Sequence record: NC_105513.1
Strand: one strand, 5' to 3'
DNA: 51,277 bases
Source: a phage
Position numbers and translations under genes: made by a program. Positions 7,630-17,042 of this stretch are shown here, piece after piece (the first letter of the stretch is position 1; every line of letters begins with the position of its first letter). Under the pieces are notes generated by a model. That model had not been told where the DNA came from, did not search any database, and saw only the letters and a list, made by a program, of their open reading frames with translations.

Positions 7630-8220
7630 ATGAAACGCGACATTATCATTCTTAACGGACCGCCAGGAGTTGGCAAAGATACGCTTGCGGCATACTTAAC
7701 GGGTCATCGTTACGCAGCGGTTAAAGCGTCATTTAAACAGCCTATGTTCGATATTGCATTCTCCATGCTTGGCGTTTACCGATATGACGAGTTCATTGAT
7801 CTGTATAACGACCGTGAGCAGAAAGAAAAGCCTCAAGCAATCTTGCAAGGTAAGTCTCCGCGACAATTCATGATCTGGATTAGCGAAGAAGTCATGAAGC
7901 CAGCTTTTGGCGAGCAATATTTTGGGAATCGCATGGTTGAGCAAGTACACGAGATGTACAGAGATTTAGCTGTTGTAATTAGTGATGGCGGATTCCCTGA
8001 AGAAATCAAGCCGCTCGTTAAGGCAGGCCATGAAGTTCACATTTGCCGACTGCATCGCGAAGGATTCACGTTTGATGGCGATTCACGAAACTATATTGAC
8101 CTGAGCGGATACCATCACCGAGTCAAGCATTACGACTTCACAATGATTGATGGCGAGCCAGAAAAGACTGTTGACGAGATCATCAAAGCGGTGCAGTGGA
8201 AACACACAAAGATTGAATAG
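7630..8220 (+). CDS. P-loop nucleotide kinase-like protein
   Basis: 196 aa; Walker A ILNGPPGVGKDT near N-terminus; RBS GGAG. Confidence 0.6.
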   Translation: MKRDIIILNGPPGVGKDTLAAYLTGHRYAAVKASFKQPMFDIAFSMLGVYRYDEFIDLYNDREQKEKPQAILQGKSPRQFMIWISEEVMKPAFGEQYFGNRMVEQVHEMYRDLAVVISDGGFPEEIKPLVKAGHEVHICRLHREGFTFDGDSRNYIDLSGYHHRVKHYDFTMIDGEPEKTVDEIIKAVQWKHTKIE

Positions 8221-8260
8221 CACGAATTGCTAAAAGCGGGGCGCAATGCCTCGCTATAAT
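8216..8260 (+). promoter_or_regulatory. box-type promoter (-10 TATAAT 8255..8260)
   Basis: AATAGCACGAATTGCTAAAAG; 22-bp spacer. Confidence 0.6.
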
Positions 8261-8290
8261 GCAAACACCAATCAACGAGAGGAAATCATC

Positions 8291-8692
8291 ATGGTAGAGT
8301 TAAACGACATTCGCGTTGGAACAAAATTTCGCGTAACCTGGGCAGATGAATATTGCGGCGTTAGCAAGGGCCAGGTTGTTACTGTGGATAGTATTTATCG
8401 CGGATGCAGCAAAGACTTTCGCCGCCCACGCATCAAGAATGGCTATATCATTACTCGCCGTTTTGGATTTGATCATTATTGCGTAGTGGCGACTCAAGGA
8501 GTTTTGATTGAGCTTAAGCGAATCAGCGATCATCGCGGCTGTCATGTTAAGACAATGAAGACACCATCTCAGCGATCGCGATACGATGCGCGCAGGATGC
8601 GCAGGCTTGCACGAAACGCGATCAAGTTCAAAAAGCCTGGTGGTAACTTTTACCGAATGTACAAAGGGATTGCGCGAAATGCTGGAAAATAA
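8291..8692 (+). CDS. hypothetical protein (basic C-terminus)
   Basis: 133 aa from MVELNDIRVG; RBS GAGAGGAA. Confidence 0.55.
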   Translation: MVELNDIRVGTKFRVTWADEYCGVSKGQVVTVDSIYRGCSKDFRRPRIKNGYIITRRFGFDHYCVVATQGVLIELKRISDHRGCHVKTMKTPSQRSRYDARRMRRLARNAIKFKKPGGNFYRMYKGIARNAGK

Positions 8693-8791
8693 CAACAACG
8701 CAACCAATCCAAAGCCGCCATTTGATTTTCATGAAATCATGATTGTGTTATTCTTGATTCTCTTAGTTATTTATTCAGTGAGGGCCGCACT

Positions 8792-9055
8792 ATGGTTTTT
8801 AACGCACTAAAACGAATCTTTAAACCTGAATACCGGATCGTTGCTTGCACAGAATGCAAGATTTATTACCTGCAACGCCGCCGCGTTATTAGTGGGGATT
8901 GGGAATATCTGACGGATGATGCTTTCGGATTTTGGGCTATGGAGTTCAATAGCTACAGCGAAGCGCGTGAATACGCTAAAAAGTTGCACAAGTTCAGACC
9001 TTACAAGCTGCGTTTGCTGGTTGTCAAAAAATGCGATGTGTTGGATCACGAATGA
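8792..9055 (+). CDS. hypothetical protein
   Basis: 87 aa, RBS GAGGG; CTEC motif. Confidence 0.5.
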   Translation: MVFNALKRIFKPEYRIVACTECKIYYLQRRRVISGDWEYLTDDAFGFWAMEFNSYSEAREYAKKLHKFRPYKLRLLVVKKCDVLDHE

Positions 9056-9231
9056 AAAGAGTAATTATCATTTTTATTACCATTATCGCTGGTTGCTACC
9101 TGGCTTATAATTATAGCGGCATTGTTGAGTCAATCGGCGGGTTGATTATCTTCATGGCTGGCGGGTATGCTGGCTATTGTGATGGATTCGAAAACGGAAA
9201 GCGTTACATGCTGACCGGAAAAAAGAAGTAA
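9052..9231 (+). CDS. small membrane protein
   Basis: 59 aa from MKRVIIIFITIIAGCYLAY; ATG overlaps upstream stop. Confidence 0.5.
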   Translation: MKRVIIIFITIIAGCYLAYNYSGIVESIGGLIIFMAGGYAGYCDGFENGKRYMLTGKKK

Positions 9232-9273
9232 TGTTAACCGCGCCGCTCCGGTGGCGCTAAAAGGAGGAAGCAA

Positions 9274-9561
9274 ATGGCTAAAAGCAATCGTAAAATGTTG
9301 ATTAACGCATTCGAAAAGGCAGCGCTTGAGCGTGGCTGGAATGACTCATTTCACACAGCAAACTGTATCCGCCGTTACGGATTCAAGAATTGCCGCTCCT
9401 GGGCGCGTCAAATGGCTTCATGGTATGATCTTGATGCGCATTACCTTGATATGGATTGCGCCCTTGTTGAAATGATTGAGCAGGCCGCATTAGAGGATCG
9501 ACCATTAACGCAATCTGATTTTGACGATTTTGTGCGCGATGAAATTTATTATATGAGCTAA
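9274..9561 (+). CDS. hypothetical protein
   Basis: 95 aa, RBS AAGGAGGAAG; stop followed by promoter box. Confidence 0.55.
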   Translation: MAKSNRKMLINAFEKAALERGWNDSFHTANCIRRYGFKNCRSWARQMASWYDLDAHYLDMDCALVEMIEQAALEDRPLTQSDFDDFVRDEIYYMS

Positions 9562-9604
9562 TAGCACTTTTTGTTAAAACTTCCGCGAGGGCATTTGTTA
9601 AAGT
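9560..9604 (+). promoter_or_regulatory. box-type promoter (weak -10 TAAAGT)
   Basis: AATAGCACTTTTTGTTAAAAC; 22-bp spacer to TAAAGT. Confidence 0.45.
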
Positions 9605-9636
9605 GTCCTCATTGAAGCGAAATAGAGGAAAGCGCA

Positions 9637-9855
9637 ATGAAAATCAAGATTATAGACGTGAACAATGCCATTAGTGGTGACGAACTTACACTTGAGGAGT
9701 GCGGGATTGAGGTTGGCGATGTGTTCGAAGTTACCGGACAATATCGCGATGGAACTTTGAGCATTCAAGCGCCACGAGATACCGATGATGGTTGCATCAA
9801 GGCTGGCGATGAATTGAGCGTTAACGAAGGTGAATATGAGGTTGTAGAAGAATGA
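9637..9855 (+). CDS. hypothetical acidic protein
   Basis: 72 aa, RBS GAGGAA. Confidence 0.55.
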   Translation: MKIKIIDVNNAISGDELTLEECGIEVGDVFEVTGQYRDGTLSIQAPRDTDDGCIKAGDELSVNEGEYEVVEE

Positions 9856-10115
9856 TCACGATTAACCTGTCAGAGCAGCAAGCGCGCATTATGTTAGCGG
9901 CCTTTGGTTGGCGAGATGATGACGGTATTCAGGCAACGGTTAAAATCCCTGATACGGTAGCGCGTGAAGTTTTTAACCAGCTTGAACACGCATTTGTTCC
10001 TGTTGGCACTGATCAGGCAGAAACAGCGGCTTGGTTCGGAGAGAACGGATACAGAGATCAGCAAGTCGAAAACTGGAAGCGCAAAAACGAGACTGCGGAG
10101 GAGGCCGGATTATGA
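9852..10115 (+). CDS. hypothetical protein
   Basis: 87 aa, start overlaps upstream stop. Confidence 0.55.
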   Translation: MITINLSEQQARIMLAAFGWRDDDGIQATVKIPDTVAREVFNQLEHAFVPVGTDQAETAAWFGENGYRDQQVENWKRKNETAEEAGL

Positions 10116-10426
10116 TTTACATTCACTACTACCAGATCGGGACAAACGAAAACAAGCAGGAGCGCAGAGCAATTTGTGACACGCTCGACGATGCGAAAGC
10201 ACAGCAACGCGTTTTGGGTGGTGTAATTCAGGCTTTTGAGCCAGTGGAAGATATAGAGCACCGAGAGCATTTGAAAGAGATTGTTGTTGATGAAATTTCA
10301 TCACTAATCGACGACATGACAAATCACGGGCCTGGTTCTCCGTGGGAAGAAGCCGGATCGACGGAGTGGGATTGTGCTAAAGTTGCAACGCTTAACGAAT
10401 TTCGTGAGTTGCTAGACGATTTTTAA
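10112..10426 (+). CDS. hypothetical protein
   Basis: 104 aa from MIYIHYYQ, RBS GGAGGAGG. Confidence 0.55.
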   Translation: MIYIHYYQIGTNENKQERRAICDTLDDAKAQQRVLGGVIQAFEPVEDIEHREHLKEIVVDEISSLIDDMTNHGPGSPWEEAGSTEWDCAKVATLNEFRELLDDF

Positions 10427-10624
10427 TTAAAATTGAATGCCTCATACAGCGAACAGGACGCATTTTGACGAGGTATTTTTTATGTAAGGTGATTCAATGG
10501 GTAGCTATATAAAACCGTCGCAATGGTGCGCACAGAAGCAAGAGGAAGCATTAGAGCGCGGCAACAATGAAACAGCAATGCACTATTTCGAAATGTACAA
10601 CTTGTGGAAGGGTAGAGGTCTGTA

Positions 10625-10855
10625 ATGTTTGGAATGAACGAGGCACAATTCAACGCTGCAAAACGCCAGGCTAAGAAGTGCGGCGAGGCAATGAAGGCGG
10701 ATGTTGAAAAGCGCGGGAAGTATGTTGATGAAGTCATGAAGGGCATTATTGCCGAACATTATCAGCCAGTTGCGCCAATGCTGACAATTACCCAATTCAT
10801 CTGGTTGTGTGGTTATCTTCGTGGGAGATGGGGAAACGCATTTGACCGCGAATGA
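10625..10855 (+). CDS. hypothetical protein
   Basis: 76 aa ORF. Confidence 0.5.
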   Translation: MFGMNEAQFNAAKRQAKKCGEAMKADVEKRGKYVDEVMKGIIAEHYQPVAPMLTITQFIWLCGYLRGRWGNAFDRE

Positions 10856-10884
10856 TTGACAACGATTTCCTGATTGGTTAGCAT
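10856..10884 (+). promoter_or_regulatory. sigma70-like promoter TTGACA-17-TAGCAT
   Basis: in 164-bp ORF-free gap; followed by structured region and U-run. Confidence 0.35.
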
Positions 10885-11019
10885 ATTCAGCGTTTACATA
10901 AGAGCGGCATTAGTGCCGAACGGGTGGCGCGGTTGCCACGCAACAATGGCGATGTGCTGGAGGTTATTGCGATGCAATATAATCCGTAAGACGTATCGCC
11001 TTTTTTTATAGGTGAATAT

Positions 11020-11253
11020 ATGGAAAAGTACAAATTAACTTTCATGTTTAATAGCATGGTGATGAATCCCTTAAATGGTTACGCTTGCAATAGCTTTTCT
11101 GTTACCGTTAATGAGGATGAAATTGATGATGATGGAAAATTCATTCGAATTGGTGAATACTTGTACCCAGTGCACAATATCAATTGCATCAAACGCGAGA
11201 TCGTAAAAGATGAAGTACAAGGTAAGGTTGACGATCAGGCGAATGGGGCGTAA
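11020..11253 (+). CDS. hypothetical protein
   Basis: 77 aa ORF, RBS GGTGA. Confidence 0.5.
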   Translation: MEKYKLTFMFNSMVMNPLNGYACNSFSVTVNEDEIDDDGKFIRIGEYLYPVHNINCIKREIVKDEVQGKVDDQANGA

Positions 11254-11395
11254 TTGCTCGTCATGTAGACAAAGTTTTGAATGTGATGTTGAAGCGCGCG
11301 GAGAGCTTGAGGCAGCAGCAAGAGCAAAAGAGTTGTCCGGCGCTAATCAAGACACTCACCAGTTTTCAATAGATCTTGTAAGGAAAATGTCATGA
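11243..11395 (+). CDS. hypothetical zinc-ribbon-like small protein
   Basis: 50 aa from MGRNCSSCRQSFECD; overlaps preceding ORF, start uncertain. Confidence 0.35.
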   Translation: MGRNCSSCRQSFECDVEARGELEAAARAKELSGANQDTHQFSIDLVRKMS

Positions 11396-11631
11396 GTTCT
11401 GTAATTATTGGTTTGGTTGCTTTAATCATTGGTGTTCTAATCGGCTTTGTTGCTGTATCTTTCGTGGTGGCTGTTGGTGTTCGCTATAAGTCAAAAAAAG
11501 GTGAATTTGCTTTAGCGTTTTGGGATGAAGATCAGAAAGTTTGGCAGGTTCGCGGTCACTACTTATCAATCGGTGGCAGGATTCACAGCACTATGAAGAC
11601 AAATCCAGAAAAAGTAAAATACAAGTATTGA
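11392..11631 (+). CDS. hypothetical membrane protein
   Basis: 79 aa; N-terminal TM segment VIIGLVALIIGVLIGFVAVSFVVAV. Confidence 0.5.
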   Translation: MSSVIIGLVALIIGVLIGFVAVSFVVAVGVRYKSKKGEFALAFWDEDQKVWQVRGHYLSIGGRIHSTMKTNPEKVKYKY

Positions 11632-11638
11632 ACAACTA

Positions 11639-11661
11639 CCCGCCAAATGGCGGGTTTTTTA
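11639..11661 (+). terminator. rho-independent terminator
   Basis: CCCGCC-AAAT-GGCGGG then TTTTTT. Confidence 0.6.
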
Positions 11662-11683
11662 TTGCCTGCAATTTGTCTATAAT
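11655..11683 (+). promoter_or_regulatory. putative promoter with consensus -10 TATAAT (11678..11683)
   Basis: perfect -10 about 28 nt upstream of terminase small subunit ATG; -35 not convincing. Confidence 0.35.
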
Positions 11684-11711
11684 GATGCTTTGTTATAAAG
11701 GAGGGCGCATT

Positions 11712-12233
11712 ATGGCTAAAAACGTTGAGCCAGCAGTAAAGGCTTGCAATTTTAAAAAACTATATAATAAGCAATATGGCGATATAGCAAAAATGACAAA
11801 GGCGCACAAGTACACGCCGGAGCAGGTATTTGATCTGGCTGTTCGTTACTTTACGTGGGCTGAGGAAAACCATATACAGGCTGCGGAAACGGCATCCTTT
11901 CAGGGTGACGTATACGAAAGTAAGATTCACAAGCCGCGCGTGTTCACCTTAAATGGATTCCGCTTATTCGCTGGCCTTTCTGCCTCCGTACTTGAAAAAT
12001 GGCGACGTGAGCCAGGATTCAGCGATGTTATGGACTTTATCGACGGCGTTGTTTACGAGCAAAAATTCCAGCTTGCCGCAAACAATATTGTTAACGCTGG
12101 ATTCATTGGCAAAGAGATCGGCATTGAAAAGCCAGCTACCGTTACCATTGAGAATAACACAAGCGCCAGCGTTGACGCTGTAACGGCGGAGGAAGTAAAA
12201 GAGGCGGTAATTGACATTCTGGAGAAGATATAA
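11712..12233 (+). CDS. putative terminase small subunit
   Basis: 173 aa directly upstream of and overlapping the large terminase start; RBS AAGGAGGG; assigned by position only. Confidence 0.5.
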   Translation: MAKNVEPAVKACNFKKLYNKQYGDIAKMTKAHKYTPEQVFDLAVRYFTWAEENHIQAAETASFQGDVYESKIHKPRVFTLNGFRLFAGLSASVLEKWRREPGFSDVMDFIDGVVYEQKFQLAANNIVNAGFIGKEIGIEKPATVTIENNTSASVDAVTAEEVKEAVIDILEKI

Positions 12234-13801
12234 TGCTGATTTGGGAAGACTTAACAGCGGCGCAAAAACGCGCCGTTAAGGAAATGAGCGAATATTCATT
12301 CGAAAAGATGATCCGCATTTGGTTTCAACTTCTCCAGGGGCAAAGGTTTTTAGGAAACTGGCATTTCAGTTACCTATGCAGCGAAGTTGAAAAAATCATC
12401 AAAGGCGAGTCACAGAATGTAATTTTCAACATAACGCCAGGCAGTGGTAAAACAGAGATATTCTCGATCCACATGTCACCTTATGCGTCATTGAAAAGTA
12501 AGAAGGTGAGAAATCTTAATTTGTCGTTTAGTGATGGCCTTGTCCAGCAGAATAGCAACCGCATCAAAGAGATTATTGGTTCTCCAGAATGGCAGGAGCT
12601 ATGGCCTGGAAAGTTGGCAAAGGCGAGCGCAAAGGATTTGATTGTAACTGATGGCGGCAAGGTTAAATTACAAGTTAACTCGCGTTCTATCGGAGGTCAG
12701 GTTACTGGTCTGCGTGGTGGCTACATGGACGATGGTTTTACTGGTATGTTGGTTCTTGATGATCCAGACAAGCCGGATGACATGCTTTCTAAGGTGAAGC
12801 GCGAAGCCGGACACATGCGCCTAAAGAACACGGTGCGATCGCGTCGAATGAAGGACACCACGCCAATTGTGATGGTTCAGCAACGTCTACACGTCAATGA
12901 TTCAACATGGTTCATGACAAACGGCGGCATGGGCGGCATCAAGTTTAAGGTGGTTAGTATTCCGGCGCTCGTTACTAAGGAATATCGCGAAACGCTTCCT
13001 GATTGGTTAAAGCCTGAGTTTGATCGCGATGTTTTGTCCAGTAAGCCAGTGATGATTGATGGCGTTGCTCATTATTCATTCTGGCCTGCTAAGGAAAGCG
13101 CGGATGAATTGCTTGCGCTTCGCAATGCCGATCCGTACACGTTCGCTAGTCAGTATCAGCAACAGCCTGTTGCGCTTGGCGGTAACGTGTTTAAAACAGA
13201 GTGGTTTCAGTATTACGGAAGCAGCGAGAAATGCACGCTACCAAAACCGGATCGCTTTGAATATACATTTATCACGGTTGATACCGCGCAGAAAACAGGG
13301 GAGCTTAACGACTATTCCGTGATCTGTTATTGGGGGATGTATAAAGATCGTGTCTACTTCATTGATGGCGTTCGCGGGAAATGGGAAGCACCGGACCTTG
13401 AGACGAATTTTGTTGCATTCGTTAATCAGTGCTGGAAGCGCAATAAAGAATGCGGAACGTTGCGAAGGATTCATGTTGAAGATAAATCGTCTGGCACTGG
13501 ATTGATTCAGAGTGCGGCGAAAAAAATCATGATCAAGATCAATCCCGTTCAGCGCGATAAAGACAAGGTTACTCGTGCAATGGACGCAGCACCAGTAATG
13601 CGCGCCGGACGCGTGGCACTTCCAGAATCTCATTCTATGCTGGCTGAGATACTCGCTGAAGTTGCGGCGTTCACATTCGATGATTCGCATCCTCATGATG
13701 ATATTGTTGATAACATCATTGATGCGGTTAACATTGAAATGAACATGGCAGATGATCCGGTTGGAAGAATGAAAAAATTGGCAGGTTTGCGGAACAAATA
13801 G
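12233..13801 (+). CDS. terminase large subunit
   Basis: 522 aa; N-terminal ATPase with Walker A ITPGSGKTE and acidic Walker B LVLDDPDKPDD; C-terminal nuclease-like region; position before portal. Confidence 0.85.
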   Translation: MLIWEDLTAAQKRAVKEMSEYSFEKMIRIWFQLLQGQRFLGNWHFSYLCSEVEKIIKGESQNVIFNITPGSGKTEIFSIHMSPYASLKSKKVRNLNLSFSDGLVQQNSNRIKEIIGSPEWQELWPGKLAKASAKDLIVTDGGKVKLQVNSRSIGGQVTGLRGGYMDDGFTGMLVLDDPDKPDDMLSKVKREAGHMRLKNTVRSRRMKDTTPIVMVQQRLHVNDSTWFMTNGGMGGIKFKVVSIPALVTKEYRETLPDWLKPEFDRDVLSSKPVMIDGVAHYSFWPAKESADELLALRNADPYTFASQYQQQPVALGGNVFKTEWFQYYGSSEKCTLPKPDRFEYTFITVDTAQKTGELNDYSVICYWGMYKDRVYFIDGVRGKWEAPDLETNFVAFVNQCWKRNKECGTLRRIHVEDKSSGTGLIQSAAKKIMIKINPVQRDKDKVTRAMDAAPVMRAGRVALPESHSMLAEILAEVAAFTFDDSHPHDDIVDNIIDAVNIEMNMADDPVGRMKKLAGLRNK

Positions 13802-13817
13802 CACGAATCGACAAACC
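13797..13817 (+). promoter_or_regulatory. degenerate box copy without correctly spaced -10
   Basis: AATAGCACGAATCGACAAACC at terminase stop; followed by terminator, not a -10. Confidence 0.4.
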
Positions 13818-13831
13818 AATATATAATCAAA

Positions 13832-13856
13832 GGCTGGTAAATCCAGCCTTTTTTAT
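13832..13856 (+). terminator. rho-independent terminator between terminase and portal
   Basis: GGCTGG-TAAAT-CCAGCC then TTTTTTATT. Confidence 0.6.
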
Positions 13857-13869
13857 TGGAGGAAAGATA

Positions 13870-15150
13870 ATGAGTAAATCACGAATCGTTAAGGCTGATG
13901 GCTATAACGAGATCTTTAAAGGCGAGAATTGCAAATCGCGAGTAGAGCAACCATTCTACATGCAATCAATGCCATACAAGACACTTGCTGACTTTTACGA
14001 AAAAGACGGCCTGGCAAAAAGGGTTATTGACGTAGTACCAGAGGAAATGGTTTCCCCTGGCTTCACGGTTGACGGCGTGGCAGACGAGGCAGCATTCCGT
14101 TCTTTGTGGGATGAGAAGCGATTGAATGCAAAAATTATTGATGCGCTTTGCTGGTCGCGTTTGTTTGGTGGATCTGCAATCATTGCTCTTGTTCAGGATG
14201 GGCGAGCGCTCAAATCACCTGTAAAGCCTGGTGCCATGTTGGAGGATGTGCGAGTTTACGATCGCTATCAGATTCGCGTTGAAGCGCGCGAAACTAATCC
14301 CCGCAAGGTTCGCTATGGTGAGCCAGTGCTTTACACTGTAACGCCAGGCGGAGACTTGCCGGAATACCAGGTACACTACACGCGCGTTTGCATTATCGAC
14401 GGTGAGCGGATACCTAACGCAAAGCGACGCAGCAATGATGGCTGGGGTGAGTCAGTTCTTAACAAGCGACTTGTTGAGGCTATTGTTGATTATAACTATT
14501 GTGAAACATTGGCAACGCAATTATTGCGGCGTAAGCAACAGGCGGTATGGAAGGCTAAAGGACTCGCTGACTTGTGCGATGATGAGGAAGGTGTTAGCGC
14601 GGCACGCCTGAGACTTGCGCAGGTTGACGATGAGGGCGGCGTAGGCAAGGCCATTGGTATTGATGCTGAGGATGAGGAATATGATGTTCTTAACTCTGAC
14701 ATTAGCGGAGTTGATTCTTTTCTGGAAAAGAAAATGGATCGCATAGTTTCCCTTTCAGGTATTCATGAAATCATCCTGAAAAATAAAAACGTTGGCGGCG
14801 TTAGCGCAAGCCAAAACACGGCGCTTGAAACATTCTATAAACTTATTGAGCGAAAACGCGTTGAGGATTACAAACCTATCCTTGAATTTCTATTGCCGTT
14901 CATCATTAGTGAGCAGGAGTGGAGCATTGAGTTTTCACCTTTGAGCGTGCCTAGCGATAAAGATCAGGCTGAAATTCTGAATAAGAATATCGACTCAATC
15001 AGCAAGGCTATTGATGGTCAGTTCCTTGATGTTGAAGAAGCGCGAGACACGTTGCGAGCAATCGCCCCAAGCGTTAAACTAAAGGACACTAATAAAATCA
15101 AGCTGCCGGAGCCATCGGAGCCGGAGCCAGGCACGCAGGGGAATGAGTAA
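13870..15150 (+). CDS. portal protein
   Basis: 426 aa immediately after terminase, RBS GGAGGAAAG; size and position typical. Confidence 0.75.
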   Translation: MSKSRIVKADGYNEIFKGENCKSRVEQPFYMQSMPYKTLADFYEKDGLAKRVIDVVPEEMVSPGFTVDGVADEAAFRSLWDEKRLNAKIIDALCWSRLFGGSAIIALVQDGRALKSPVKPGAMLEDVRVYDRYQIRVEARETNPRKVRYGEPVLYTVTPGGDLPEYQVHYTRVCIIDGERIPNAKRRSNDGWGESVLNKRLVEAIVDYNYCETLATQLLRRKQQAVWKAKGLADLCDDEEGVSAARLRLAQVDDEGGVGKAIGIDAEDEEYDVLNSDISGVDSFLEKKMDRIVSLSGIHEIILKNKNVGGVSASQNTALETFYKLIERKRVEDYKPILEFLLPFIISEQEWSIEFSPLSVPSDKDQAEILNKNIDSISKAIDGQFLDVEEARDTLRAIAPSVKLKDTNKIKLPEPSEPEPGTQGNE

Positions 15151-15914
15151 TGAAAGTGAATGGCGTCGTTAAACAATGGCGCTTTCCTGAAGCAAGCGAG
15201 CGGCAATTTAGCCGCTCAATTCAGGAGGCAATTAGAGATCTTGTGGTTCTCATGCGCAAGCGTACAAAAGCGATGAAGTTTGACGCAACAGATAATGAGA
15301 TCAACAGCGCAGAAGATGAAATTAACAACTTGGCAACTGACCTTATAGCTGGCATTGTTTCCACTCTTCCTGCAATAGCGTTGACCATCTATAAATTCAA
15401 TGCGAAGCAGTTCATAAATGTTGCCAAGTCAACTGGCGGAAAGGATAACACGGCGGTAATTGTTTTGATCGCGGTTGGCGCTAACGCTAACGAGGAGTGG
15501 TATCAGACGCTTTACGGTCAATGGCACGGCCTTACAGAATCATCGCTAAGAAAGTTATTCACAAATATTGTGTCTGACTGGTCAACAAACATTCGCAATG
15601 CAAACTTTCGCGGAAGCAATGATAAACAGGTTAATGATCTTGCAGAAAAGAGATTTGCTGTTTATAGCTCCTGGGGTAAAACGAGATCAGAAAACATTAT
15701 CGGCGCGTGGAATAGTCGCCTGATGCGCCAGCGCCTTTATGATGCTAAGGTGACTCATTATTTCTGGCATGGAATGTTAGATGATAGAGAGCGCTTGCAG
15801 CATGTGTTATGGGAAGGTAAAAGAATAGCGCTTGATGCAATTCATGATTTCCCTGGTGAGCCGTGGGGTTGCCGTTGCTGGGCGATTCCAGATTGGAATA
15901 GTAAAGGAGAATAA
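15150..15914 (+). CDS. putative minor head / head morphogenesis protein
   Basis: 254 aa, start overlaps portal stop; assigned by gene order. Confidence 0.45.
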   Translation: MKVNGVVKQWRFPEASERQFSRSIQEAIRDLVVLMRKRTKAMKFDATDNEINSAEDEINNLATDLIAGIVSTLPAIALTIYKFNAKQFINVAKSTGGKDNTAVIVLIAVGANANEEWYQTLYGQWHGLTESSLRKLFTNIVSDWSTNIRNANFRGSNDKQVNDLAEKRFAVYSSWGKTRSENIIGAWNSRLMRQRLYDAKVTHYFWHGMLDDRERLQHVLWEGKRIALDAIHDFPGEPWGCRCWAIPDWNSKGE

Positions 15915-15917
15915 TTA

Positions 15918-17030
15918 ATGAAGGCAAAACAAAGATTTGATAGCGTCCAGGTTAAGGCGCATTTTGATGATAATGGCTTTTTAGTGGATCGCCCAATTGT
16001 GGCGCGAATTGGCTTGCAGGAGTACCGCACACCGTATGGAATCAGACGAGAGTTCCGTCCAGCGTCCGAGGTGTTCAAGGCTGATTCGCTTGCTACGTTC
16101 GCAGGCAAGCCGATCACTATCGGTCACGTCACAGTGACGCCAGATAATGCGGATCAGGTTGTTGTTGGTTCATGCGCTGGCGCTGGTGTTCCAAATGGGA
16201 TTGGCGTTGAAGTTCCGTTAAGCATTTACTCAAAGCGAGCAATTGAGAGCGCAAAAAAGAAAGACACGGCGGAAATTTCAGTTGGTTACACATCGGTTGA
16301 TATTGATAAGCCAGGGTGGGGTAATAATAAAACTGGTGATTACTTGTTTGAGGAAGACCTTAAGGAAGACTGGAAGCCTGATTCTCCTGATTGGGTTAAA
16401 TTTGACGCCATTCAGACGAATATTCGTGTTAATCACATTGCGCTCGTCTTTCGTGGTCGTGCTGGAATTGCCAAATTAAATCTTGATAGCGAACAGGATT
16501 TTCCGTATAGTGACGAGGTTTCAAATGACAAAGGAGATGAGGAAATGACAGTAAAAATCAAACTTGATGGCGCGGTAGAATTTGATGTTCCAAAGGCCGT
16601 TGCTGATCATATTGAGGCGTTAAAGGCAGATGCAAAAGCTGCAACCGAAAAAGCTGATGGCCTTGAGGCCGAGCGTGACGCCCTGAAAACTAAAGTCGAT
16701 GGCATTCCGGCGCAGATTGCAGAAGCTGTTAAGAAGGCAAAGACTGACGCAGAAGAACACGCCAAGCTGGTTGCAGATGCAACTGAAATTGGCATCAAGT
16801 GTGACGGATTGGACGCTAAAGCGATCAAGGTTGCTTACGTCAAAGAAGTCACTGGCGCTGATATTTCAGAAAAAGCAGATGCATATATTGAAACAGCTTT
16901 TGACCTTGCGAAGCAGTCTGATAAAATGGCGGCGCAGCGTAAATCTGTTAAGGGCGATTCTTTCGAATCTGGCAAGAGTGAAAAAACCGACTCCCTTGAT
17001 CCGACTGCGCGTTTGAAAAAACTTAAATAA
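15918..17030 (+). CDS. putative scaffold / prohead maturation protein
   Basis: 370 aa with charged, coiled-coil-like C-terminal half (KADAKAATEKADGLEAERDALKTKVDG...); position between portal and capsid. Confidence 0.45.
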   Translation: MKAKQRFDSVQVKAHFDDNGFLVDRPIVARIGLQEYRTPYGIRREFRPASEVFKADSLATFAGKPITIGHVTVTPDNADQVVVGSCAGAGVPNGIGVEVPLSIYSKRAIESAKKKDTAEISVGYTSVDIDKPGWGNNKTGDYLFEEDLKEDWKPDSPDWVKFDAIQTNIRVNHIALVFRGRAGIAKLNLDSEQDFPYSDEVSNDKGDEEMTVKIKLDGAVEFDVPKAVADHIEALKADAKAATEKADGLEAERDALKTKVDGIPAQIAEAVKKAKTDAEEHAKLVADATEIGIKCDGLDAKAIKVAYVKEVTGADISEKADAYIETAFDLAKQSDKMAAQRKSVKGDSFESGKSEKTDSLDPTARLKKLK

Positions 17031-17042
17031 GGAGAAATAAAC

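Noticed and set aside
7425-7676. Minus-strand 83-aa ORF between the membrane-protein gene and the kinase gene
   Set aside because: Overlaps the kinase start and RBS on the opposite strand; region more likely holds the kinase leader and a hairpin (7442..7468).
9964-10179. Alternative-frame ORF overlapping genes 9852..10115 and 10112..10426
   Set aside because: Same strand, different frame; no RBS; the two flanking genes have proper RBSs and overlapping stop-start junctions.
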